From a virus: 64,000 nucleotides of DNA. Below, piece after piece: positions 27,405 through 36,449 of the stretch. The stretch is taken from the IMG/VR virus record IMGVR_UViG_3300031463_000001, positions 60,899 through 124,898 of that record. The stretch is one strand, 5' to 3'. How positions within the stretch are numbered: position 1 is the stretch's first letter; every line of letters begins with the position of its first letter. The notes beneath the pieces were generated by a model. It was not told where the DNA came from and made no database searches. It saw only the letters and a program-made list of their open reading frames with translations. A program made the position numbers and the translations under genes.

Positions 27405-27641
27405 TTTGCGAAAAAGCTTCTAATAAAAAATAAAGGTATTAAGATTTAAGATTAATAATCTAAGAAATAATAATAATAATAATAAATAATAAATAATAAT
27501 ATATATAAATAAAAGATTTAAAGATTAATGATTTAACGATAATCGAAGACGACTCCACCCACTTCCACTTAATTCTCACTTACCCACTCACCTACTCTTA
27601 TCTTAAACTGCTTGTCGAACTCGATTTAATTGAATTATGAT

Positions 27642-27690
27642 GGTCGGACTATCGAAGGGTTTCGTCCCTAGAGAATGCCGACCTTTTTTT
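27642..27690 (+). terminator. Extended hairpin plus T7 tract (terminator, attenuator or small RNA)
   Basis: GGTCGG...AGGG-TTTCGT-CCCT...CCGACC-TTTTTTT. Confidence 0.55.
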
Positions 27691-27810
27691 ATTTAAGGGC
27701 AAAAATTTCCGAGTTTAGTTGTAAAAATATTCTTGGTCCGAAGGATAATGAGTTTAAGAATCTGGAAATTCGAAAGCCCAATTTTTTAATAAAATTTTTG
27801 TAAATAATTT

Positions 27811-29199
27811 ATGATTAGTTTGAATGTAGGTAATGTTGATACTACAATAAAAGATGCTCCTATTGAAGTAATTAAAGCGCTTGATGAAGCTTTATCTATA
27901 GAAGTTCCAGGTGCATTTTTTGCTAAAAACAAGATTAATTATTTTTGGGATGGTAAGAAACATTTATATTCAGTTAAGAAAGGAACTTTTCCTACAGGGT
28001 GTATTCGTAGAGTTTTAAATGTGTTAAACCGAATGGGGTACGAATACCAAATAGAAGATTTAAGAGAAATACCCACTCAACTAGAACGACCTCTTTATTT
28101 AAAAGCTCACCTAAGAGATTATCAAGAACAAGCCATAGATACTTTAATTAATCGACAACGAGGAGTTGTACAACTAGCTACAGGAGGAGGAAAAAGTTTG
28201 ATATTAGCGGGTTTATGCTCCAAATTAAATTTACCCACTTTAGTATTAACCCACAGACAGGAATTAATGTATCAACTAGAAGAAACCTTTATAAAAAATT
28301 TGAGAGGTAAAGGTTCAAGAAAACCCTTAATAGGTTTAGTAGGTGATGGCAATACTAAATGGGGTCATATAACCATAGGGATGATGCAAGCTATGGATGT
28401 AAAGAAATATATTAAAGAGTTGAGTAAGATTAAGATGGTTTTGGTGGACGAATGTCATCATTTACCTTGTAATACTATGGTAGACATAATGAAGTATTTA
28501 GATAATGCATATTATAGGTTTGGTGTTTCAGCTACTAGTTTTAGAGAGGATGGGATGGATTTAATGATTGAAGCTTACCTAGCTCCTATATATTATAATC
28601 TTAGTAGTGCAGAGTTAATAAGGATGGGTTATTTGAGTCCTATTAAAGTTTTTTTTATTCCATTTAATGATACCAAAACTTATAAAAATGATTTAACTTA
28701 TGTTCAATTATATAGTGAGGCAATAGAACAAAACGAAAAGAGGAATAATTTGATAGTTGAGGTGGTGAAGAGAATATTGGCTAAAAACAAAACTTGTTTA
28801 GTGGCTGTATCGAGGATAGAACATGGAAAGATATTAACTCAAAAAATTAAATCTTTTTATCCTGAAGTTGAATTTGTGGAAGGGAAAGATAAAAGTGAAA
28901 GAAGAAAAAAGATTATTAAAAAATTAAATTTAAAGGAAATTAAATGTGTAGTATGTACTACAGTTTTTGGAGAAGGGATAGATATACCTACCCTTGAAGT
29001 ATTAGTTTCTGCTAAAGCTCAAGATAGTGGTATTGATGCCCTTCAACTTGCGGGTAGAGTAATGAGACGAACAGAAGATAAGATTGAGGGTTGGGTGATA
29101 GATTTTTTTGATATGCATCATAAGTTTTTTAGGCGACATGCAATAAAAAGAAAAAAAATATTTAAAGAAGAAAAATTTGAGGTTGTGGAGGCTTTATGA
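27811..29199 (+). CDS. SF2 DNA helicase (UvsW/XPB-like)
   Basis: LRDYQ Q-motif, ATGGGKS, VDECH, SAT, EGIDIP, QLAGRVMR. Confidence 0.92.
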   Translation: MISLNVGNVDTTIKDAPIEVIKALDEALSIEVPGAFFAKNKINYFWDGKKHLYSVKKGTFPTGCIRRVLNVLNRMGYEYQIEDLREIPTQLERPLYLKAHLRDYQEQAIDTLINRQRGVVQLATGGGKSLILAGLCSKLNLPTLVLTHRQELMYQLEETFIKNLRGKGSRKPLIGLVGDGNTKWGHITIGMMQAMDVKKYIKELSKIKMVLVDECHHLPCNTMVDIMKYLDNAYYRFGVSATSFREDGMDLMIEAYLAPIYYNLSSAELIRMGYLSPIKVFFIPFNDTKTYKNDLTYVQLYSEAIEQNEKRNNLIVEVVKRILAKNKTCLVAVSRIEHGKILTQKIKSFYPEVEFVEGKDKSERRKKIIKKLNLKEIKCVVCTTVFGEGIDIPTLEVLVSAKAQDSGIDALQLAGRVMRRTEDKIEGWVIDFFDMHHKFFRRHAIKRKKIFKEEKFEVVEAL

Positions 29200-29447
29200 A
29201 ATATATGATAAAAGATTTTGAAAATAATATTTTGTTTAAGAGTGATTTTTTAGATGATTTAATTCCTTTAAATATGGAGGGTAGGTTGTTTGTGGAAGAT
29301 AGTGAAGTGTGTTATGTTTATACGTTTGAATCTACTACAATTAGAAGTGTGTTGATGAAAATTAGAAACAAAATAAAAAATATTGAGGTTCGAAAGCATA
29401 ATCTCGAAAAAGAAATGAAATTGTTGGAAGTTTTGGAAACTTTGTAA
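29196..29447 (+). CDS. Hypothetical protein
   Basis: ATGA-coupled to the helicase. Confidence 0.6.
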   Translation: MKYMIKDFENNILFKSDFLDDLIPLNMEGRLFVEDSEVCYVYTFESTTIRSVLMKIRNKIKNIEVRKHNLEKEMKLLEVLETL

Positions 29448-29450
29448 GTT

Positions 29451-29465
29451 TGTCGAGATTGATTT
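29451..29465 (+). promoter_or_regulatory. Putative phage promoter motif T(G/A)TCG-N5-GATTT (representative copy)
   Basis: TGTCG-AGATT-GATTT, 11 nt before the ATG; similar copies at 501, 774, 7704, 19298, 23174, 26575, 27613 and 53134, each oriented with the downstream gene. Confidence 0.6.
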
Positions 29466-29476
29466 CTTTAAAGAAG

Positions 29477-30119
29477 ATGAATATAGCTGATTTATTAAAA
29501 AATCCAGAAAAACTAAATGATGTTTTTAGAGATGTATTAGATAAGGGAGATAAAGAATCAGCTAGGATATTACTTCCATATGTAAGTCCTTTTTTTTTAT
29601 TATAAGTATTTAGAACAGCTTGGAGAAAGGGTTCCCCTTGAATTCGAATCTAAATTATTTGGTTTGTCAGATTTTTCAAAAGGAGGATATGAGTATGTAA
29701 ATGTTATTTCAGGGAAGGATTTATATGATTCTTTTCTTAAAGATTGGGGAGATAAATATGCAAATAAAATAGTTAATGCATTAGCTAATTCTTATGATTA
29801 TGGGCCTCTAATAGAGGGTGCAGTTAAAACAACTAAAGAATATTCAGATCGAGTTTTTTTACCTCTTTTGAATTATGATTTTGATAGGACTAGTGATTCT
29901 TGGGGAACATTATTAACAATTCTTTTAACTAATTATAATTACAGATTACCTCCGGAGATATTATCTAAATTGGGTAAAGATGATTTAAAAGCATTAAAGA
30001 AATATTTAGGAGTTTATGAGAAATTAGTAGAGGAAAGAGAGGGGGATAGATATGCGGAAGATTCATATGACTTAATTAATGAATCTTATAAGTATTTGAA
30101 AAATAATTTAAGAAAGTAA
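29477..30119 (+). pseudogene. Family N-cap fused to an unrelated C-terminal domain, frameshifted at a T9 run (29590-29598)
   Basis: ATG 29477 MNIADLLKNP...LLPYVSPFFLL*; T8 would read through into ORF 29664-30119. Confidence 0.75.
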
Positions 30120-30123
30120 AAGA

Positions 30124-30171
30124 GTGAACATAGGTGAATTCTTAAAAGATCATTCAGAGGTAGAATTATGA
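30124..30171 (+). other. Collapsed empty family cassette (15-codon mini-ORF)
   Basis: GTG AAC ATA GGT GAA TTC TTA AAA GAT CAT TCA GAG GTA GAA TTA TGA = MNIG joined directly to EFLKDHSEVEL*, overlapping the next ATG. Confidence 0.75.
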
Positions 30172-30728
30172 ACATAGAAGATTTATTAAAACATCCAGAA
30201 AAAGCAAGAACGTTTTTGGACAAGGCTATTTTTGGTGGAAACAAAAAATTAGCTGAAATTTTAATTCCAATAGTTAAACATCCTTATTCAACTTATTTAT
30301 ATGCAAAAGAAATAGTTAAGGGAAAAATAAAAGATGAATGGGAATATATTATTGCTCAAGATCCTTATGCTTCTCTTGATTATGCCTTTAACATTCTAAA
30401 AGGTCCATTTCCAAAAGGAGAAGATGCAATTGCTAGAGATTCATATACTTCTTATAATTATGCTGTTATTTTAGAAAGACCGTGGCCAAAGGGAGAGGAT
30501 GTTATTGCTAGAGATCCAAGATTTGCTTATTATTATGCTAGATATGTGTTGAAGGATAGATTTCCAAAAGGAGAAAAAGAAATTATTAGTAGTGAGATTA
30601 CTGATCCGGGTAATGATTTTGGTGAAAATGGTGAATCAGGTTTTTCTTCTTATGTTAAGTTTTTGAAATCAATAAATAAATTAGACGAATTCTTAAAAGA
30701 TCATCCGGAGGTAAAAGATAGAGTATGA
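30168..30728 (+). CDS. Repeat-protein family member
   Basis: N-cap, repeats and C-cap. Confidence 0.92.
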   Translation: MNIEDLLKHPEKARTFLDKAIFGGNKKLAEILIPIVKHPYSTYLYAKEIVKGKIKDEWEYIIAQDPYASLDYAFNILKGPFPKGEDAIARDSYTSYNYAVILERPWPKGEDVIARDPRFAYYYARYVLKDRFPKGEKEIISSEITDPGNDFGENGESGFSSYVKFLKSINKLDEFLKDHPEVKDRV

Positions 30729-31189
30729 ATATAGAAGATTTATTAAAACATCCAGAAAAAGCACAAATGGCTTTGCGAGAAGCTATTTGGAATAATGATG
30801 CAAAATTAGCAGAAGCTTTAATACCAATAGCAAGAGATCCACATTTAACTCTTAATTATGCTCAAAATATAGTTAAGGGAAAAGTTAAAATTGAGTTTGA
30901 AGATATTATAGCCCGAGATGGAGAAGCTTCTTTTTATTATGCTTATGAAGTCTTAAATGGTCCCTTTCCTAGAGGAGAATATGCAATTGCTGAAAATGAA
31001 GATCTTTCATTAGATTATGCGATTAAAGTATTAAAGGATAGATTTCCAAAAGGAGAAGAAGCAATTATATATGTAGCTTTAAAGCATGATGATGATGTAT
31101 ATTTATGGAGATATACGGATTTTCTTAAAGAGATTGGTAAACTAGACGAATTCTTAAAAGATCATCCTGAGGTAAAAGATATAGAATGA
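30725..31189 (+). CDS. Repeat-protein family member
   Basis: N-cap, repeats and C-cap. Confidence 0.92.
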   Translation: MNIEDLLKHPEKAQMALREAIWNNDAKLAEALIPIARDPHLTLNYAQNIVKGKVKIEFEDIIARDGEASFYYAYEVLNGPFPRGEYAIAENEDLSLDYAIKVLKDRFPKGEEAIIYVALKHDDDVYLWRYTDFLKEIGKLDEFLKDHPEVKDIE

Positions 31190-31710
31190 ACATAGGTGAT
31201 TTACTAAAAGAAGGAGCGGATAGTGTTTTCGATAAAGCAATAAAAGAAAAAAATAAAGAGTTAGCAGATTTTCTAATTAAGTTTATAAAAGATCCTTTTC
31301 TTCTTTTCGATTATGCAGCTAAATTTAATGAAAAATTAAAACCTGAATTTGAAGATATTATTGCTAAAAATTGGGATACATCCTTTTATTATGCACTTCA
31401 TTTTAAAAATCCTTTTCCTAAAGGTGAAGATATAATGGCAAAAGATTTGTATACTGCCTATCATTATGCAGCTGATGTTTTACAAGGACCATTTCCAAAA
31501 GGTGAACCTATAATTTCTCAATTTCCATATTCATCATATTATTATGCTAAAAGGATATTGCATGATAGATTTCCAAAAGGAGAAAAAGCAATTATTGATA
31601 GCAAAGATCAAGAAAATGATGAAGATTATTTTAGACTCTATATTAAATTTTTAAAATCCATTAATAAACTAGATGAATTCTTAAAAGATCATCCAGAAGT
31701 TAAATTATGA
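31186..31710 (+). CDS. Repeat-protein family member
   Basis: N-cap, repeats and C-cap. Confidence 0.92.
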   Translation: MNIGDLLKEGADSVFDKAIKEKNKELADFLIKFIKDPFLLFDYAAKFNEKLKPEFEDIIAKNWDTSFYYALHFKNPFPKGEDIMAKDLYTAYHYAADVLQGPFPKGEPIISQFPYSSYYYAKRILHDRFPKGEKAIIDSKDQENDEDYFRLYIKFLKSINKLDEFLKDHPEVKL

Positions 31711-32897
31711 ATATAGAAGATTTGTTAAGGGATCCAAATAGGGTTAAAGAATTATTAGATGAAGTTATTAATAATGGAAACAAAAAATTAGCTAAAGTTT
31801 TACTTCCATTAGTTGAAAAAGAGTCAACTAGATATGGTTACATAGAGTCATTATTGAAGGGTAGAGAAATTGTAGCTGATTTCGAATCACGATTACCTGT
31901 TTTGATTAAACAGTATAAGGCTCACAATCCAGAATTATCTGAAAGTGAAGCCGAAGCTAAGATTCGTGAATTGAATCAATATGATCCAACGGGTTTAAAA
32001 GCTACATATACACCCTGGATTGTAAAACAGTATTTGGAAGATTCATCATTCGATTTGGATTTAGCTAAACAAGTTTTGAAGGATCTTGAAAAGGTTGTTT
32101 TACATAAGAAACTACCTGCAGGATTCGATATTGGAAAGTTTAACTTAAATGAATTGAAATCGAAACTTCAACCAATACTTGAGCCAATTGAAGAGTCGGA
32201 AAAGGAGAAGGAAGAGATTAAAAAAGAAGGTCCAATAGGTCAATCATTAATCTCTGAAGAGGGTTATGAAATTATTGAAGTTACTGATCCAAAAGATAGT
32301 GTAAGATTCTGTAAAAAATATCATATTAGGTCTTGGTGTGTAAAGGATTTGGAGTATGCAGAGTTTTACGTTCCTCTCTACTTCGTTTTAAAGAATGGTT
32401 CGCCAAAAGGTGCATGGTCAGAATATGATAAAAAGCTCAGTAATCGACAAGATTTAGATGAGTGGGATCTTGATGAAAGAGATTTTATAGCAAAACTATT
32501 AAGAAAAGTTAGACCTAATTTAACAATAAAGACAAAAGAAGAAATGAAAAGGGAAGCTTTGAATTCTCCGGAGAAAGCTTATAATTATGCATTTAAGGTT
32601 AAAGGAAGATTTCCAGAAGGAGAACCTATAATAGCAAAAAGTCCTAAATATGCTTATTATTATGCAAGAGATGTTATTAAAGAAAGATTTCCTAAAGGGG
32701 AGCCTGCTATAGCAAAAGATTTTTATTTTGCGTGTCTGTATGCAAAATTTGTTATTAAAGGAAGATTTTTAGAAGGAGAAGCTGTAATAATAAATTCAAA
32801 TTATTTTGATGATTATGTTGAGTTTCTTAAAGAAATAAATAAACTAGATGAGTTCCTAAAAGATCACCCAGAAGTTAAAAATTACAAGTCTTTTTAA
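31707..32897 (+). CDS. Repeat-family member with a large inserted domain
   Basis: N-cap, then about 230 aa of unrelated sequence (DPTG...YTPWIVK...SWCV...PLYFV), then repeats and C-cap. Confidence 0.88.
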   Translation: MNIEDLLRDPNRVKELLDEVINNGNKKLAKVLLPLVEKESTRYGYIESLLKGREIVADFESRLPVLIKQYKAHNPELSESEAEAKIRELNQYDPTGLKATYTPWIVKQYLEDSSFDLDLAKQVLKDLEKVVLHKKLPAGFDIGKFNLNELKSKLQPILEPIEESEKEKEEIKKEGPIGQSLISEEGYEIIEVTDPKDSVRFCKKYHIRSWCVKDLEYAEFYVPLYFVLKNGSPKGAWSEYDKKLSNRQDLDEWDLDERDFIAKLLRKVRPNLTIKTKEEMKREALNSPEKAYNYAFKVKGRFPEGEPIIAKSPKYAYYYARDVIKERFPKGEPAIAKDFYFACLYAKFVIKGRFLEGEAVIINSNYFDDYVEFLKEINKLDEFLKDHPEVKNYKSF

Positions 32898-32974
32898 AAT
32901 TAAGTTTCTTCCATCTTAAGGGGGAAATTCTTTTCTATTTTTGTGTATAATAATCTATTATTGAAGGAGAAAAA

Positions 32975-34333
32975 ATGAATATTGAGAAGAGTTTCCTTAA
33001 AAAATTATTAAGTAATTCTAGTTTTTTAGATAGAGCATTATTTAGAGGAATTGATTCAAGTTTTTTTGTTGAACCTTCCTATTCATGGTTAATGGAAGTT
33101 ATAATATGGTTTTATTCCAAATATAGAGTATTACCCACCAAAGAAGATATTAGGTCTATAGTTGATTGTTCTAATAAATTAGATGATTTTAGAAAACAAG
33201 ATATTTTAGTTGTTTTAGAAGATTTGTTTAGTAGTGAGGATATATCTTCCGATTTTAATTTTTTGATGGACTCATTGTTAACTCATTATCAAGAAAATCA
33301 ACTTAAAATGCTTTTATTTTCTACTTCATCTAAATTGAGAGAAGGTAGAAAAGATGTTTTAAGTGATTTAAAAGATAAACTTATTGAGTTAGAGAATAAG
33401 ATTAGTTTTAAAGGGGATGAGGTTAATTTAGGAAAAGATTCTTTAGCTAGAATAACTAAATATGAAGAAGGAAAAGTTGATAATACAAGAGGAGTTGAAT
33501 TAGGATTTCCAACTTTTGATAATCTAACTTGGGGATTGAAAGAGGGTTGGGTAGTAGTTGTTTTAGGAGCAAATAAGTCGGGTAAAAGTGTATTTTTGTT
33601 GAATTCAGCTATTAATGCCTATCAAAAAGGAAAAAATGTTTTGTTTGTATCTTTAGAAATTCCAAAAGATCAATTTCTTTATAGATATGATTCTTGTAGA
33701 AGTGGAATTGTTTATGATAGGTTGGTGAGAGGATTAACTTCAAAAGATGAATTAGAGATTATTAAGAAAAATTTAAAGGAAGACTTAGAAAGAAGTAATA
33801 TTTTTTATTTAGTGGATATTGTTAATTTTTCTGCTCATACTCTTTATAGTCTTGTAAAACGTTTACCATTTAAACCTGATTTAGTTGTAATTGATTATAT
33901 GGGATTAATGAAAACAACTTCTAGGGGAGATAAGATGTGGGAAATTTTTTCTAAAATTGGGTTAGAATTAAGAGAAGTTGCTAGAGTTTTAAAATTTCCA
34001 GTATTAACAGCCATGCAAGTTAATAGAGAGGCATATAAAAATAATGAGAAAGATGTTTATGGGGTAGAGGATATAGCTTTATCTTTTTTGTTAACATGTC
34101 ATGTTGATTTGGTGATGTCTTTAAAAATTTTAAATAGGCAAGCTATATATGAGGGAAATAATGATGGAGTTGAATTGGCTTCCACTATAGTAGCATCCAG
34201 AGTTAGTAAAGGGGGTAAATTTTCTATTTGGGCAGATTTTTCTAGGATGCAAATGAAAGAATTTAAAGTGGATACCACATCGAATAATTCTAGTTCTGAT
34301 TTACCTAATTCATCTGAGGTATTAAAATGGTAA
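32975..34333 (+). CDS. dnaB: DnaB-like replicative helicase
   Basis: GFPTFD, Walker A GANKSGKS, FVSLE, VVIDYM, TAMQVNR. Confidence 0.9.
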   Translation: MNIEKSFLKKLLSNSSFLDRALFRGIDSSFFVEPSYSWLMEVIIWFYSKYRVLPTKEDIRSIVDCSNKLDDFRKQDILVVLEDLFSSEDISSDFNFLMDSLLTHYQENQLKMLLFSTSSKLREGRKDVLSDLKDKLIELENKISFKGDEVNLGKDSLARITKYEEGKVDNTRGVELGFPTFDNLTWGLKEGWVVVVLGANKSGKSVFLLNSAINAYQKGKNVLFVSLEIPKDQFLYRYDSCRSGIVYDRLVRGLTSKDELEIIKKNLKEDLERSNIFYLVDIVNFSAHTLYSLVKRLPFKPDLVVIDYMGLMKTTSRGDKMWEIFSKIGLELREVARVLKFPVLTAMQVNREAYKNNEKDVYGVEDIALSFLLTCHVDLVMSLKILNRQAIYEGNNDGVELASTIVASRVSKGGKFSIWADFSRMQMKEFKVDTTSNNSSSDLPNSSEVLKW

Positions 34334-34494
34334 TGATTTTGATATTGAGTATACTAATAGGAATCTTGATAGGATCATTATGTTATAGAAAAGGTTTTAA
34401 AGATGGAGGACATAAAGCAATAGAAATTTATAAACAGGAAATTTTTAAGGATGATGATGAGATAATCATTATGCATAAAGGAGGGTTTAAATGA
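34327..34494 (+). CDS. Small membrane-anchored protein (55 aa)
   Basis: Not in the ORF track; MVMILILSILIGILIGSLCYRKGFKDG; overlaps both neighbours. Confidence 0.6.
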   Translation: MVMILILSILIGILIGSLCYRKGFKDGGHKAIEIYKQEIFKDDDEIIIMHKGGFK

Positions 34495-35180
34495 TGCAAA
34501 AATATAATGTAGTAGAAATATTTGGTCCTACTATTCAAGGAGAAGGTTGTTTAATAGGAAAGAAGGTAAGTTTTATAAGATTTTGGGGATGCGATTATAG
34601 ATGTGCTTTTTGTGATACTAAGTATGCTTATGAAGAAAAAAATTATATGAAAATGACTGTTTCATCTATAATTAAGAAACTTGAAAAAAATTATACTTCT
34701 ACAGTAGTAATTACAGGAGGAAATCCTTGCATATATGATTTAACTGAATTAATAAAAGAATTAAAAGAAAGAGGATTTTTTGTTTGTGTAGAAACTCAAG
34801 GAAGTCTTTTTCCTGATTGGTTAAGTTTAGTTGATTTAGTAGTAATTTCACCTAAACCTCCTTCAGCAAAAACAAAAAATTTTGATATTAAAAATTTTGG
34901 AATAAGTTCGAGATATTTACTTAATTACATAATTAAACCTGTAGTAGATATAAATAATAAAGAGGATATGAAATGGTTGGATAAATTATATGAAGAATTA
35001 GGAGAAAGTACTCTTTTTTATATTCAATTATGCACCTATAAAAAAGATAATCAAATTTCATTATTAAAAAGGTATAGAAAACTTGTTGAATATGTTATGA
35101 AAAAGAAAGATTGGAAGGAGGTATTTGTTTTACCACAACTTCATTCTTTAACGTGGGGAATAAAAAGTAGAGGAGTTTAG
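34491..35180 (+). CDS. queE: 7-carboxy-7-deazaguanine synthase (radical SAM)
   Basis: EIFGPTIQGEG, CDYRCAFCDT, ITGGNP, VETQG, ISPK, LPQLH. Confidence 0.93.
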   Translation: MMQKYNVVEIFGPTIQGEGCLIGKKVSFIRFWGCDYRCAFCDTKYAYEEKNYMKMTVSSIIKKLEKNYTSTVVITGGNPCIYDLTELIKELKERGFFVCVETQGSLFPDWLSLVDLVVISPKPPSAKTKNFDIKNFGISSRYLLNYIIKPVVDINNKEDMKWLDKLYEELGESTLFYIQLCTYKKDNQISLLKRYRKLVEYVMKKKDWKEVFVLPQLHSLTWGIKSRGV

Positions 35181-35191
35181 TTAAATATAAG

Positions 35192-35662
35192 ATGATTAAA
35201 TTATCTATAACAGATTTATTAAGACAATATGGTATCGATTATGTTAAAATTGGTGAAAACACTTATAGAGCAATGTGTCCTTTTCATAATGATTCAACTA
35301 AACCTAATTTGACTATTTATGAAAAAACTAATTCATTTTATTGTTTTGCATGTCATGCAGGAGGGGGAATATTAGATTTTATATCTTTATATGAAGGTAT
35401 TTCTAAAGAAGATGCATTAACATGTATTTTAAATTCAATAACTTATGATTCAATTGAAGAGAATTTAAAAACAGATAAAAATATACTAAAAAATTTTAAT
35501 GAGTCTTTAATTTATTTTTGTAGTAAAAAAACTAGAGAAAATCCAAAACTTCAAACTTATTTTTATACTAATTATATAAAGTGGATAGCTTCATTTATAG
35601 ATTATAAAGAAATGAAAAATATAGTGGAGGAAATAAATAAATATGAAAATCAAAACAGTTAA
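35192..35662 (+). CDS. DnaG primase zinc-binding (CHC2) domain, stand-alone
   Basis: CPFH...P...FYCFAC..GG. Confidence 0.88.
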   Translation: MIKLSITDLLRQYGIDYVKIGENTYRAMCPFHNDSTKPNLTIYEKTNSFYCFACHAGGGILDFISLYEGISKEDALTCILNSITYDSIEENLKTDKNILKNFNESLIYFCSKKTRENPKLQTYFYTNYIKWIASFIDYKEMKNIVEEINKYENQNS

Positions 35663-35876
35663 CATAAATAAATCCTATGGTAAAACTATAATGATGGATA
35701 ATTATAGTTTTAAATTTTCTACTTCTATTACATGGGAAGTAGAATTAGAAGATGAATCTAAGTTGAGTGAGATAAGTCAGGAGTTGCAAAAAAAAGTTGA
35801 AAATATAGTAAATAATGATATATTGAGAAACCAAGATGTAATGAGTAAGTTAACGGGAGGAAAAAATGTTAAGTAA
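35643..35876 (+). CDS. Hypothetical protein
   Basis: GGAGG RBS; coupled. Confidence 0.6.
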   Translation: MKIKTVNINKSYGKTIMMDNYSFKFSTSITWEVELEDESKLSEISQELQKKVENIVNNDILRNQDVMSKLTGGKNVK

Positions 35877-36441
35877 AGAAGATTATAGTAAATATATAAA
35901 TGAATTGAATAGTGTTGAAATAAAGAATGATACAAATCCTTTTACTATAGGGGTAGAGGAATTCGTAAAAATACTTAATTCTATAAAATGTTCTATGGAT
36001 AGAGTACACCAAATAATGATGATAGCATTGCAAAATAGGATGGAGGTGAAAAGTAAATATGAATTAGAAAAAACGTTATTTGATCAAAAAGTGAATTCAT
36101 TATTGGTTGTTGATGAAGGAGTACGAGCCGAAAAATCAGCCGAAAGTAGAAAAGCTGCGGCTTTAGTTAAATGTAATGAGGATTTAGTAAGATTGGCTAC
36201 ATTAGAACAAGAATTATTTCTAGCAGAATCTTTTTTATCTTTAGTTAGAAGAGTTTATTCTCAATTAAGAATGAATCTTTATATAATGAGTGAAGAAAGA
36301 GCTATGTTTCAAGTTAGTTTAAGTTTAGAAGGTAAATATGTTAAACCCGAGGCAACAATAAAAAGAAAATTGAAAATAGATGATGAAGATTCTGATGAAG
36401 AATTAGTTGATGATTCTCTACCAAAAGAGAGTGAGGGTTAG
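35866..36441 (+). CDS. Coiled-coil protein, possible recombination mediator
   Basis: Long helices and an acidic tail; lies near SSB and RecA (function inferred). Confidence 0.5.
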   Translation: MLSKEDYSKYINELNSVEIKNDTNPFTIGVEEFVKILNSIKCSMDRVHQIMMIALQNRMEVKSKYELEKTLFDQKVNSLLVVDEGVRAEKSAESRKAAALVKCNEDLVRLATLEQELFLAESFLSLVRRVYSQLRMNLYIMSEERAMFQVSLSLEGKYVKPEATIKRKLKIDDEDSDEELVDDSLPKESEG

Positions 36442-36449
36442 GAGGATTT

